Part shown: piece by piece, positions 43,842 through 52,874 of the stretch
How the letters are laid out: each line of letters begins with the position of its first letter
How positions within the stretch are numbered: the stretch's first letter is position 1
Source: Chloroflexota bacterium
GTDB lineage: Bacteria > Chloroflexota > Limnocylindria > Limnocylindrales > CSP1-4
Reading direction: 5' to 3'
Assembly: GCA_031373765.1 (NCBI GenBank)
Contig: JANMNF010000071.1
Span: forward strand, 1 to 54,140
DNA: 54,140 nt
Translations under genes and position numbers: made by a program
The notes under the pieces: model-generated
The model's input: only the letters and a program-made list of their open reading frames with translations
What the model was told of the DNA's origin: nothing
Databases searched by the model: none

Positions 43842-45231
43842 TCGGGTCCCCTCGCGGATTGCCGCGGCGTTCATTGCCGTCGGGCTGGTGGCGGTACTGG
43901 CGGTCGGAGCCGGACTCTTTGTCAGCCTCCGGTCGCTCCACCAGGACGCCACGGCTTCCAGCCTCGGTGACATCGCCCAGCCGATCGTGACGCGGGCCCG
44001 TGCCCTTGGCGCGGCGGACCTCCGGGCCGCGATTACCAACCTGCGATCCGACCTGCGGCCGGAACTCGGGCTCTATGCCGTCGTCGGCGAGCGCCTCGTC
44101 ACGGCCGATGGAGCGGTGCCGATCCTGACCGCCCGGTCGCTTTCGGTGCCCGTGGATCTCGCCGTGGGGGCGTCGGCCGGGGGCACCGTGGTCGCCACGG
44201 ACGGCACTCGCCTCATCTACTCGGCGACAGTCCTGCGCCGGGAGGGCGCCGCGGTCGGGCGCGTCCTCGTCGTCCTCACCGCGCCCGACAACTCGGGCGC
44301 TCTCGCGGTCCGGGACCTCCTGCGCGTACTGCCTGCCGTGGCCATCGTCATCGTGATCATCGTTGCGCCGATCGCCTGGTTCCTCTCCCGCTCGATCACG
44401 CGACCCCTTCGTCGCCTGGCCGATGCGACGACGGCCCTTCCGGTGGCCGGCGCATCCGCGGAGACCGTTGAAGCCGAAGGGCCGCGGGAAGTCCGAGATC
44501 TGACGGAACGGTTCAACGAGATGACCGCCGCCCTCGATTCGGTCCGACGCGAAGAGCGCGAACTGCTGGCGAACATCCGTCATGACCTCAAGACGCCACT
44601 CACCGTGGTGTCCGGGTTCGCCGAGGCGCTTCGGGACGGCACCGCGACGGGGCCTGGCGTCCCCCGTGCGGCCGCAGCGATTGCCCAGGAAGCGTCCCGG
44701 ATGGAAGCCCTGATCGAGGATCTGCGATCCGTTGACGAGGCCGGGACCGCCGGCCTAACGCTGCGGCCGGGATCGATCGATCCGGCCGTGCTCGTCATGG
44801 ATGCGGTCGCGCGATTCGGTCCACGCGCCTCAGGTGCCGCCATCGATCTCCGGGCCGACGCGGATCCGGGCATGGCGCTCGTCGCGGATCGGGCAGCGAT
44901 CGAGCGGGTCCTCGGCAATCTCATCGAGAATGCCCTGTCCGTCGTGCCTTCCGGCGGCCACATCCTCGTCGAGGCGCGCCGTGCCGCCGATGGATCGGTG
45001 GCATTCCGGGCGAGCGACGATGGACCTGGGTTCCCGCCAGGCTCGCTCGAGCGTGTCTTCGATCGGTTCTATCGGGCGGATCCTGCGAGGACAGGTCCCG
45101 GGACTGGCCTTGGGCTCTCGATCGTCCGCGCCCTTGCTCGCGCCCACGGGGGTGAGGCCGTCGCGGAGAACCTGGCCCCGTCCGGCGCCCGCGTGACGGT
45201 CACACTGCCGGGAGTCCCAACGCCCGTCTGA
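43813..45231 (+). CDS. Sensor histidine kinase (two TM helices, HAMP, HisKA, HATPase_c)
   Basis: H-box NIRHDLKTPLT, N-box LIENAL, G-boxes DDGPGF and GTGLGLSIV. The start is TTG 43813 or GTG 43834 (the latter overlaps the regulator stop). Confidence 0.85.
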
Positions 45232-45241
45232 GCGGCGCTGA

Positions 45242-46315
45242 TCAGCCGAGGACCACGCCAGGACCGGCCACGCCGGCCGTTTCGACCTGACCGACGAGCC
45301 AGCTCGGGACCCCGCGCGCCTCCAGGGCGGCGACGACGCCATCGAGTTTGTCGGGCGAGATCGCGGCCAATAGGCCGCCCGAGGTCTGCGGGTCATGTGC
45401 CAGGGTGACGAGGTCCTCGCCAACACCCATCGCGATCGTCAGTACTGGCGCGACGAACCGCCGATTGTGTGCCGCCCCGCCCGTTTCCATGCCGGCACGA
45501 GCCAGGTCGAGCGCGCCGTCGAGGGCCGGGAGGGAGGCGGAATCGAATACGAATCGCGTTCCGGAGCCACAAGCCATCTCGAGTCCGTGGCCCAGCAATC
45601 CAAAGCCGGTCACGTCGGTCGCGGCTCGCACGCCGTGCTCCGTGAGCACTTCGGCAGCATCTCGATTGAGGACGGTCATCTGATCCGTGGCCGCGACCAG
45701 GTGCGCGTCCGAGGTCCGTCCGTGGCGCCGTCCCGAGACCAGCAATCCCGTGCCGAGCCGCTTCGTGAGGAGCAGCTGGTCGCCCGGCTCCGCGGCGCCC
45801 TTGCGCAGGAGACGGTCCGGGTGTGCGGCACCGATCACGGCGAGTCCATATTTCGGCTCGGGATCCTTGATCGTGTGGCCGCCCGCGAGCGTGCCCCCGG
45901 CCTCGCGGACCTTGGCCGAGGCGCCCTCGAAGATCGCTGCGAGCGTGTCCCGAGGCAGATCCTCGGGGAATGCGGCAATCGACAGCGCGAACAACACCCG
46001 CCCGCCCATCGCGAAGATATCGGACAAGGCATTTGCCGCCGCGATCTCGCCGTACAGGCGCGGATCGTCCACCAGCGGTGGAAAGAAGTCGAGCGTGCCG
46101 ATGATCGCGAGATCCGGCGAAACGAGATACGCGGCGGCGTCGTCGGGCGGGTTCAGGCCGGCGATCAACTCGTCTGGCGCTACCTGCGCGCCGAGCCCGG
46201 AGAGCGCGTCGGCGAGCAGGTCGGCACCGAGCTTCGCGGCACACCCGCCGCAGTCGGTCATCTCGGTCAGGCGCCTTGCACGGGGGAGCTTCAGCGACGG
46301 GACGTCAGCGGTCAT
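45242..46315 (-). CDS. selD: Selenide, water dikinase SelD (Cys form)
   Basis: LTEMTDCGGCAAKLG aligns with the SelD N-terminal Cys/Sec-Lys loop. DAAAY, ALSDIFAMGG, LAGGHTI, TDVTGFGLLGH and DPQTSGGLL follow. The start is uncertain (ATG 46315 or 46342). The longer track ORF is Arg-rich upstream. Confidence 0.85.
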   Translation of the reverse strand: MTADVPSLKLPRARRLTEMTDCGGCAAKLGADLLADALSGLGAQVAPDELIAGLNPPDDAAAYLVSPDLAIIGTLDFFPPLVDDPRLYGEIAAANALSDIFAMGGRVLFALSIAAFPEDLPRDTLAAIFEGASAKVREAGGTLAGGHTIKDPEPKYGLAVIGAAHPDRLLRKGAAEPGDQLLLTKRLGTGLLVSGRRHGRTSDAHLVAATDQMTVLNRDAAEVLTEHGVRAATDVTGFGLLGHGLEMACGSGTRFVFDSASLPALDGALDLARAGMETGGAAHNRRFVAPVLTIAMGVGEDLVTLAHDPQTSGGLLAAISPDKLDGVVAALEARGVPSWLVGQVETAGVAGPGVVLG

Positions 46316-46445
46316 GCCCGGATGATAGGCCGGGGTACCCATATGGCCCGCGAACGGCACACGGCCCCCGACTTCGATGGGGCGTCGCGTTGACGGTCTC
46401 CCGCCGTGATGGTTGACTGGGTTCCCTAGTTGAGTTGCCGAACCC

Positions 46446-48671
46446 GTGTCCGACCGTCTCCTCGTCGTATCCAATCGCCTGCCCCTGACCACACGCCGCG
46501 CCGGAACCGAATGGCATGCCGACCTGAGCAGTGGCGGCCTCGTAGCCGCCCTCACGCCGGTCATGGAACGCGCCAAGGGTCTGTGGATCGGCTGGCCCGG
46601 TGATGCGCCATCCGGCGATACCGCTGGTCGCGACGCGCTGCTCCGGTCCTGGGAGAAGCAGCATCGGTTCGTCTCCGTCGATCTCCCGCCCAAGATCACC
46701 CGCGCCTTCTACGAGGGCTACAGCAACAACACGATCTGGCCGCTCCTCCACGGCTTTCCGACCCTCGTCAGCTTCGATCGAGAAACCTGGCATGCCTATC
46801 GCGATGCGAACGAGCGCTTCGCGGCAGCCGTCCTCGAGCGCACGAAGCCCGGCGACCTCGTATGGATCCACGACTACCAGCTGATGCTCGTCCCGAGCCT
46901 GCTCCGGGCGGCTCGCCCCGACATCCGGATCGGCTTCTTCCTGCACGTGCCGTTCCCGCCCGCCGAGGTCTTCCGGATCCTTCCGCAGCGTGAGGAGGTC
47001 CTCAATGGCCTGCTCGGGTCTGACCTGATCGGATTCCAGACTCATGAGCACCTCGGCGCGTTCCGGCGAACGCTCCTCCAGGTACTCGGCACCGACAGCC
47101 GGATGGATCGGGTCGAGGTGGACGGGCGGGTGGTATCGCTGGAGGCGCACCCCATCGGGATCGTGACCGACGAGTGGGAGCGACTCGTCACCTCGGACAA
47201 GTCGGTGGGCAAGCGCGTCGCCGACCTCAGGGCGCGGCACGCCGGCCGAAAGCTGGTTCTCGCGGTCGATCGGCTCGATTACACGAAGGGCATCCCGGAG
47301 CGACTCCGAGCGTTCCGGCAATTCCTCATCACGCGCCACGAGTGGCGCGGAAGGGTGACCATGATCCAGGTCGCGGTCCCATCGAGGGAACGCATTCCGC
47401 GCTACGTCGAACTGCGGCGCGAGGTCAGCGAGCTCGTCGGCGAGCTCAACGGGGAGCTTGGTACGGCGACCTGGAACCCGGTCATCTACCTCCGACGGTC
47501 CATTTCCCGGTCCGAGCTCGCTGCTCTCTACGCGGCCGCTGACATCGCCTGGATCGCATCGCTCCGGGACGGGATGAACCTGGTGGCCAAGGAGTTCGTG
47601 GCCTGCCAGCAGGAACGGGCAGGCGTGCTCCTGCTCAGCGAGTTCGCCGGCGCCGCGGGCGAAATGGGCGAGGCGATCCGGGTCAATCCATACGACGAGC
47701 AGGGCTCGGCCGAAGCTCTCGAACGGGCGCTGATGATGCCCGAGGATGAGCGACACGAACGGCAGCGCGCGCTGCTGGCGCGCGTTCGGCGGAGCAATGC
47801 GATCACCTGGGCGGAGGGCTTCGTTGCGGAACTGAAGGCCGCCGCAGCCGACCGCAACATCGCCAGCGGGCCGGTGGGCGAGCCGAAGTTGGTGGCGCTC
47901 CGACGCGCCTTCCGGTCGGCAAAGCGGCGGGTCTGCTATCTCGACTACGACGGAACCCTGGTTCCGCTTGCCGCCCGACCGGCCGATGCGGTGCCCAGCC
48001 ACGCCGTCAGCGAGATCGTCGGATCCCTAGCCAAGAAGCGCGGGACCACCGTGGTGATCGTCTCGGGACGGCCTGCGGTGGACCTCGAGCGCTGGTTCGG
48101 GCATCTGCCGAGCGTGTGGTTGGCCGCGGAACACGGCGCGCTCCTGCGCGAGCCCGGCAGCACCGAGTGGCAGTCGCTCCGTCCCGGTGCGGGCACGGAC
48201 TGGAAGGATCGCGTTCGGCCCGTCCTCGAGCACTTCGCAGCCCGCGCGCCCGGGAGCACGGTCGAGGAGAAGGACTACGCGCTGGCGTGGCACTACCGCC
48301 TGGTCGAGCCGGAATTCGGAACGTGGCTATCGAACGAACTCGGCGTCACGCTGGATCAACAACTGGCCGGCACCGAGCTTGCGGTCCTGCGCGGCAGCAA
48401 GGTCATCGAGATCCGCTACGCCTGGGCAAACAAGGGCGAGGTCGTATCCCACGTCCGATCGATCGGCGATGCCCCGGAGTTCGAACTGGCCATCGGCGAT
48501 GACCGAACCGACGAGGACATGTTCGATCGCCTGCCGCCCGAGGCATGGACCATCCACGTCGGGACCGGACAGACGCGCGCTCGATACGCGGTCCCGGGTC
48601 CGGCGGCCGCCCTCTCCCTCATCGCAGCACTCGCCGGCGCATCATCCGCGGCCGAGCGCGCCGCCGACTGA
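46446..48671 (+). CDS. Bifunctional trehalose-6-phosphate synthase / phosphatase (OtsA-OtsB fusion)
   Basis: GT20 motifs (VVSNRLP, GGLVAAL, GFFLHVPFP, DGMNLVAKEF) followed by a HAD phosphatase (YLDYDGTL, IVSGR, GDDRTDEDMF). Confidence 0.9.
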   Translation: MSDRLLVVSNRLPLTTRRAGTEWHADLSSGGLVAALTPVMERAKGLWIGWPGDAPSGDTAGRDALLRSWEKQHRFVSVDLPPKITRAFYEGYSNNTIWPLLHGFPTLVSFDRETWHAYRDANERFAAAVLERTKPGDLVWIHDYQLMLVPSLLRAARPDIRIGFFLHVPFPPAEVFRILPQREEVLNGLLGSDLIGFQTHEHLGAFRRTLLQVLGTDSRMDRVEVDGRVVSLEAHPIGIVTDEWERLVTSDKSVGKRVADLRARHAGRKLVLAVDRLDYTKGIPERLRAFRQFLITRHEWRGRVTMIQVAVPSRERIPRYVELRREVSELVGELNGELGTATWNPVIYLRRSISRSELAALYAAADIAWIASLRDGMNLVAKEFVACQQERAGVLLLSEFAGAAGEMGEAIRVNPYDEQGSAEALERALMMPEDERHERQRALLARVRRSNAITWAEGFVAELKAAAADRNIASGPVGEPKLVALRRAFRSAKRRVCYLDYDGTLVPLAARPADAVPSHAVSEIVGSLAKKRGTTVVIVSGRPAVDLERWFGHLPSVWLAAEHGALLREPGSTEWQSLRPGAGTDWKDRVRPVLEHFAARAPGSTVEEKDYALAWHYRLVEPEFGTWLSNELGVTLDQQLAGTELAVLRGSKVIEIRYAWANKGEVVSHVRSIGDAPEFELAIGDDRTDEDMFDRLPPEAWTIHVGTGQTRARYAVPGPAAALSLIAALAGASSAAERAAD

Positions 48672-48749
48672 GCGGGGAGTCGGGCCGCGGGACCGCGGGC
48701 ACGCCGGGAACCGCTGGGAGCGGGAATTCACGAGCCGCTACGATGAAGC

Positions 48750-48846
48750 GGGAGTGGGTTCGGGCCGGTGCCCGGTCCGGTCTTCAAAACCGGTGGCGCG
48801 GCGCTTGGCGTCGCGCGGTGGGTTCGACTCCCATGCGCTCCCGCCA
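48750..48846 (+). tRNA. selC: tRNA-Sec (anticodon UCA)
   Basis: 97 nt. Acceptor GGGAGTGG/GCGCTCCC (8 positions, one terminal mismatch). 6-bp D stem TCGGGC/GCCCGG with 4-nt loop. Anticodon arm CCGGT-CTTCAAA-ACCGG. 24-nt variable arm. 5-bp T arm GTGGG-TTCGACT-CCCAT. Discriminator G and encoded CCA. Confidence 0.9.
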
Positions 48847-48864
48847 CGATCCACAGGAGGCTCC

Positions 48865-50286
48865 TTGGCTGCGAAGTCCGTGACCGCCGAGTCGGGCCAG
48901 CACGGCAACCCGCCGAGCGTCGAGCGCGTGCTCGCGGCTGCTCGGCCGCGCGCCGGTTCGCGTGGACCCGACGCAATCCTGGCGGTGGCGCGGGCCGTGG
49001 TTGACGCCGAGCGCACCCGGATTCAGGGTGGGACGCCCGCACGGACGGTCGATGCGCTCGGCGCCCAGGTCGTGGCCGCGCTCGAGGCTTTCGATGGGCC
49101 ACCGCGCACGAATCCTCGCGAGCCAGAGGCGACCCCGGTGATCAACGCAACCGGCGTCATCGTCCACACGAACCTCGGCCGGGCGGGCTGGCCGGAGGCT
49201 GCGATCGAGGCCGCTCGCCTGGCGGCGAAGGGGCCGACGCTTCTCGAGATGGATCGCGCGACCGGGCGCCGCGGACGGCGCGATCGAACTGGCGAGGAGC
49301 ACCTGATCGCCCTCACCGGCGCCGAGGACGCGCTGATCGTCACGAACAACGCGGCGGCGATTGCCCTGGCCGTCGGGCTGGCGGGCCGCGGTGGTGGCGT
49401 GGCCGTCTCACGCGGCGAGTTGATCGAGATCGGCGGGGGCGTGCGGATTCCCGAGATCCTGCGGCGGGCCGGGGTTCGCCTCGTTGAGGTCGGAACCACA
49501 AACCGGACGCGCGTCGCTGATTTCGAGGGTGTCCTCGATGAGCCGAAGGCCAGGATTCGCGCCATCCTGCGGGTGCATCCCTCGAATTTCACCCAGTCGG
49601 GATTCGTCGAGGCACCTGATCCGGCGGCTCTGGCTGACCTCGCGCGTCGTCACGGTGTCATCGTCATCGACGACCTCGGGAGCGGCGCGCTCCTGCCGAC
49701 AGAACGGGTCGGTCTGGCCCACGAGCCGATGCCGGGCGAGCGGCTGGCCGCCGGTGCCGACATCGTGACGTTCTCGGGTGACAAGCTCGTCGGAGGGCCC
49801 CAGGCCGGTCTCATCGTGGGTCGTGCCGACCTTGTCGGGAAGCTGCGCCGGGACCCTTTGGCCCGCGCGATGCGGCCGGACAAGACGATCCTTGCGGGCG
49901 TCGCGGCGACCCTGGCCCTGTACCGCGGCGGTCGGGCCCTGGCGGACATCCCGGTCTGGCGGATGCTCGGGACGCCTGTCGCCGATCTCCGGCTCCGTGC
50001 CGAGGCGCTCCTCGCGATGCTCCCGCGGGCCGCCGCCGCGCCCGTCGAACTCGAAGCGACCGTCGGAGGCGGCTCGGTACCCGGTCAATCGATCCCATCC
50101 CTCGGCCTCGCGTTTTCGCCCGTCACCGGTCGATCGGCGACGAACCTCCTCGCGGCACTGCGCGCAGGCGAGCCGTGCGTGATAGCCCGGATCGAGCATG
50201 ACCGTGTCGTTCTGGACTTGCGGACGGTCGATCCGAACGCAGATGGTGCCCTCGCTGCTGCGATCGTGCGCGCCCTCGAGGGCTGA
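48865..50286 (+). CDS. selA: L-seryl-tRNA(Sec) selenium transferase SelA
   Basis: PSVERVL, VINATGVIVHTNLGRA, TGAEDALIVTNNAAA, SRGELIEIGG, and FSGDKLVGGPQAGLIVG with the PLP lysine. TTG 48865 lies 4 nt after AGGAGG (48855-48860). GTG 48880 is an alternative start. Confidence 0.85.
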   Translation: MAAKSVTAESGQHGNPPSVERVLAAARPRAGSRGPDAILAVARAVVDAERTRIQGGTPARTVDALGAQVVAALEAFDGPPRTNPREPEATPVINATGVIVHTNLGRAGWPEAAIEAARLAAKGPTLLEMDRATGRRGRRDRTGEEHLIALTGAEDALIVTNNAAAIALAVGLAGRGGGVAVSRGELIEIGGGVRIPEILRRAGVRLVEVGTTNRTRVADFEGVLDEPKARIRAILRVHPSNFTQSGFVEAPDPAALADLARRHGVIVIDDLGSGALLPTERVGLAHEPMPGERLAAGADIVTFSGDKLVGGPQAGLIVGRADLVGKLRRDPLARAMRPDKTILAGVAATLALYRGGRALADIPVWRMLGTPVADLRLRAEALLAMLPRAAAAPVELEATVGGGSVPGQSIPSLGLAFSPVTGRSATNLLAALRAGEPCVIARIEHDRVVLDLRTVDPNADGALAAAIVRALEG

Positions 50287-50291
50287 CCGCC

Positions 50292-52256
50292 ATGACTGTC
50301 GTCATCGGCACGGCCGGACATATCGATCACGGCAAGACGACGCTCCTGCGCGCACTGACCGGGATCGACGCCGACCGACTGCCCGAAGAGCAGCGCCGGG
50401 GCATGACGATCGATATCGGCTATGCCCACCTGGACGTGGGTGACGGGACGTCGATCGACTTCGTGGACGTGCCCGGCCATGACGCGCTGATCGGCAACAT
50501 GCTCGTGGGCGCGGGCGAAGTCGACGCGGTGATGGTCGTGATCGCCGCGGACGACGGACCGCGGGCGCAGACGATCGAGCACCTCGAGCTCATCGACGCG
50601 CTCGGGCTGCGGGCCGGGATCGCGGTCGTGACCAAGTCCGATGTCGTCGACCCGAAGCGAACGACCGCGGTGATCGCCGAGACGAGGGACCTGCTGGCCC
50701 GAACGAGCCTTGCCGGCGCTCCGGTCCTTGCTGTTTCGGCTGCCACGGGTGCCGGCCTCGACGACCTCCGCGCCGGGATCCTGACGCTCCGTGACCGCGT
50801 GGCCGCGGACCAGGCGATAGCTGCCCTCGGCCCGCGCCGGCTGGCCGTGGATCGTGCGTTCGTGGTCCGTGGCCGGGGCCTGGTCATGACCGGTTCGCTG
50901 CGCGGCGGCGAGCTGCGCGTCGGCGATGGACTCCGGCTGGAGCCGGGCGGCGCGAAGGTTCGGATTCGGGGCCTCCACGTCCATCACGGAGCCGTTGAAT
51001 CGGCGCAGTCCGGCCGCGTCGCGATCAACCTCGCCGGGGCGGAGCTCGAAGACTGCCGGCGTGGGATGGTCGCGACGTGGGGCACCGGGATCGAGGCGAC
51101 CTCCCGGCTCCTGGTCGCGCTGCGACCGCCGGCGCGCCTCGATCGGCACGGATCGAGGGGTAACCGCCCGAAGTGGCCGCCGGTCGATGGGACCAGGGTC
51201 CGCATCCATCTCGGGACGGCCCAGGTCGATGGCGTCCTTGGCCGGCGCAGCCGTGATGCCGTTGATCTGCCCGACGATCGCGTGACGGCGATCGTCCGTC
51301 TCGCCGAGCCGGTCGCGACCTTCGTCGGTGATAGGGGCATCGCGCGGAGGCCTTCGCCGGGCGACGTTGTGGCTGGTTTCGAGATCCTCGATGCAGATGC
51401 AGCCCGGGGTGCCTCTCGCCGGCGCGCGACGCCGGAACGTCTCGCCGCCCTCGCCGCTGCCGTGGGCGACGCCGACGCGGATGCCACCGCCGATGCCTTG
51501 GTCGGCGTGCACGGGATGATCAGCGTCGATCGGGTCGGGCAGGTCGCCGCCGCCCTGTCGCGGGCGGGATCCACCGATTCCGTGCCGGGCGGGCGTGGGC
51601 TGATCCTCGCGCCCGATGTCGAGGCGGAGCTGGTGGGGGCGGCTCTCGCCTCCGTGGCCGCATTCCACGCCACACAATCGATAGAGTCGGGAGTGCCGAC
51701 CGGGCCGCTCCGACAGCACCTGCGAACGACGCTCCGCCGCCTCGTCACCGTGGGTCGCGATCAGTCCGCGGCCGTGGATCGAGCCATCGATGGGGTCCTG
51801 GATGATCTCGTCCAGCGCGGGAAACTCGCAAGGGACGGGGACCGGCTCCGTGACCCGAGTCGAGCCGGGGCGACGCCACCAGCGCTGGCCCTCGCCATGG
51901 ATCGCCTCGAGGTCGCGCTCGACGTGCCCGCGCCTCCCGATCTCGCGGCAGCTGCGGTGTCCGCGGGTTGCCCGCCGGAGGGCGTTCGAGCCCTCGAGGC
52001 CGCCGGGCGCATCATTCGGGTCGACGCGGACCTGGCCTGGGCAACGCCCACCTTCCACCGGCTCTCGGCGGTTGCCCTTGACATCGCCCGGCGTGATGCG
52101 CTTTCGCCGGCCGCCCTTCGCGATGCGACCGGCACGAGCCGGCGTTACGTCATGCCGCTCATCGAGGATCTCAATCGGCGCGGGATCCTGACGCGAACGC
52201 CGGCCGGCCATGTGCCCGGCCCGCGAGCGCCACGCGAACCGGACAGCGCGAAATGA
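50292..52256 (+). CDS. selB: Selenocysteine-specific translation elongation factor SelB
   Basis: GTAGHIDHGKTTL, DVPGH, and the TKSD G-domain motifs, followed by a long C-terminal winged-helix extension. 654 aa. Confidence 0.9.
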   Translation: MTVVIGTAGHIDHGKTTLLRALTGIDADRLPEEQRRGMTIDIGYAHLDVGDGTSIDFVDVPGHDALIGNMLVGAGEVDAVMVVIAADDGPRAQTIEHLELIDALGLRAGIAVVTKSDVVDPKRTTAVIAETRDLLARTSLAGAPVLAVSAATGAGLDDLRAGILTLRDRVAADQAIAALGPRRLAVDRAFVVRGRGLVMTGSLRGGELRVGDGLRLEPGGAKVRIRGLHVHHGAVESAQSGRVAINLAGAELEDCRRGMVATWGTGIEATSRLLVALRPPARLDRHGSRGNRPKWPPVDGTRVRIHLGTAQVDGVLGRRSRDAVDLPDDRVTAIVRLAEPVATFVGDRGIARRPSPGDVVAGFEILDADAARGASRRRATPERLAALAAAVGDADADATADALVGVHGMISVDRVGQVAAALSRAGSTDSVPGGRGLILAPDVEAELVGAALASVAAFHATQSIESGVPTGPLRQHLRTTLRRLVTVGRDQSAAVDRAIDGVLDDLVQRGKLARDGDRLRDPSRAGATPPALALAMDRLEVALDVPAPPDLAAAAVSAGCPPEGVRALEAAGRIIRVDADLAWATPTFHRLSAVALDIARRDALSPAALRDATGTSRRYVMPLIEDLNRRGILTRTPAGHVPGPRAPREPDSAK

Positions 52257-52861
52257 TGCAGGCTGTACCGATGTTCGACGATGTCACCGCGGTCGTCCTG
52301 GCCGGCGGTCGGTCCTCACGATTCGGGTCCGACAAGCTGGCCTTCGAGATCGATGGCCGAACGATGCTGGACCATGCCGTCGCCGCAGTCGGGGCGGTGA
52401 CCTCGCACGTCATCCTCGTCCTGGCGCCCGGCACCGAGATGCCGCTGGCACTCGCTCCGGCAGTCGCGGGACACGTGCATGACGCAACGGCATTCGAGGG
52501 GCCGCTCGCCGGCCTCGCCGCTGCGCTTGCCGTGATCGAGACGCCGGTCGCACTGGTGGTCGCCGGGGACATGCCCAGGATGGTCCCGGCAGTCCTTCAG
52601 CGCCTTGCCTCGACGGTGGGAGCAGACCGACCGGCAGTCAACCTCGAGGTCCCGCGTCGCATGCAGCCGTTGCCCATGGCGATCTCGGTCGAGGCGGCCC
52701 GGCCTGCGGTGGCGGCTCTTCTTGAGCGTGGCGAGCGCTCGCTTCGGGCGCTGCTCACGGAACTCGGTACCTCCTCGATCCCGGCTCCGGTCTGGCTCAG
52801 CCTGGACCCGGCCGGGATCACGATCCTGGACGTGAACCGACCCGGCGACCTGCGCGGATAG
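52253..52861 (+). CDS. mobA: Molybdenum cofactor guanylyltransferase MobA
   Basis: VVLAGGRSSRFGSDK, GPLAGL, VVAGDMPRM. ATGA-type overlap with the selB stop. Confidence 0.8.
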   Translation: MMQAVPMFDDVTAVVLAGGRSSRFGSDKLAFEIDGRTMLDHAVAAVGAVTSHVILVLAPGTEMPLALAPAVAGHVHDATAFEGPLAGLAAALAVIETPVALVVAGDMPRMVPAVLQRLASTVGADRPAVNLEVPRRMQPLPMAISVEAARPAVAALLERGERSLRALLTELGTSSIPAPVWLSLDPAGITILDVNRPGDLRG

Positions 52862-52874
52862 CGATCCGGCGGAC

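Noticed and set aside
48187-48864. N-terminal 226 codons of track ORF 48187..50286, which would make a 699-aa SelA.
   Set aside because: This part overlaps the 3' end of otsAB in another frame and runs straight through the tRNA-Sec gene. SelA homology starts near PSVERVL, and AGGAGG precedes TTG 48865.
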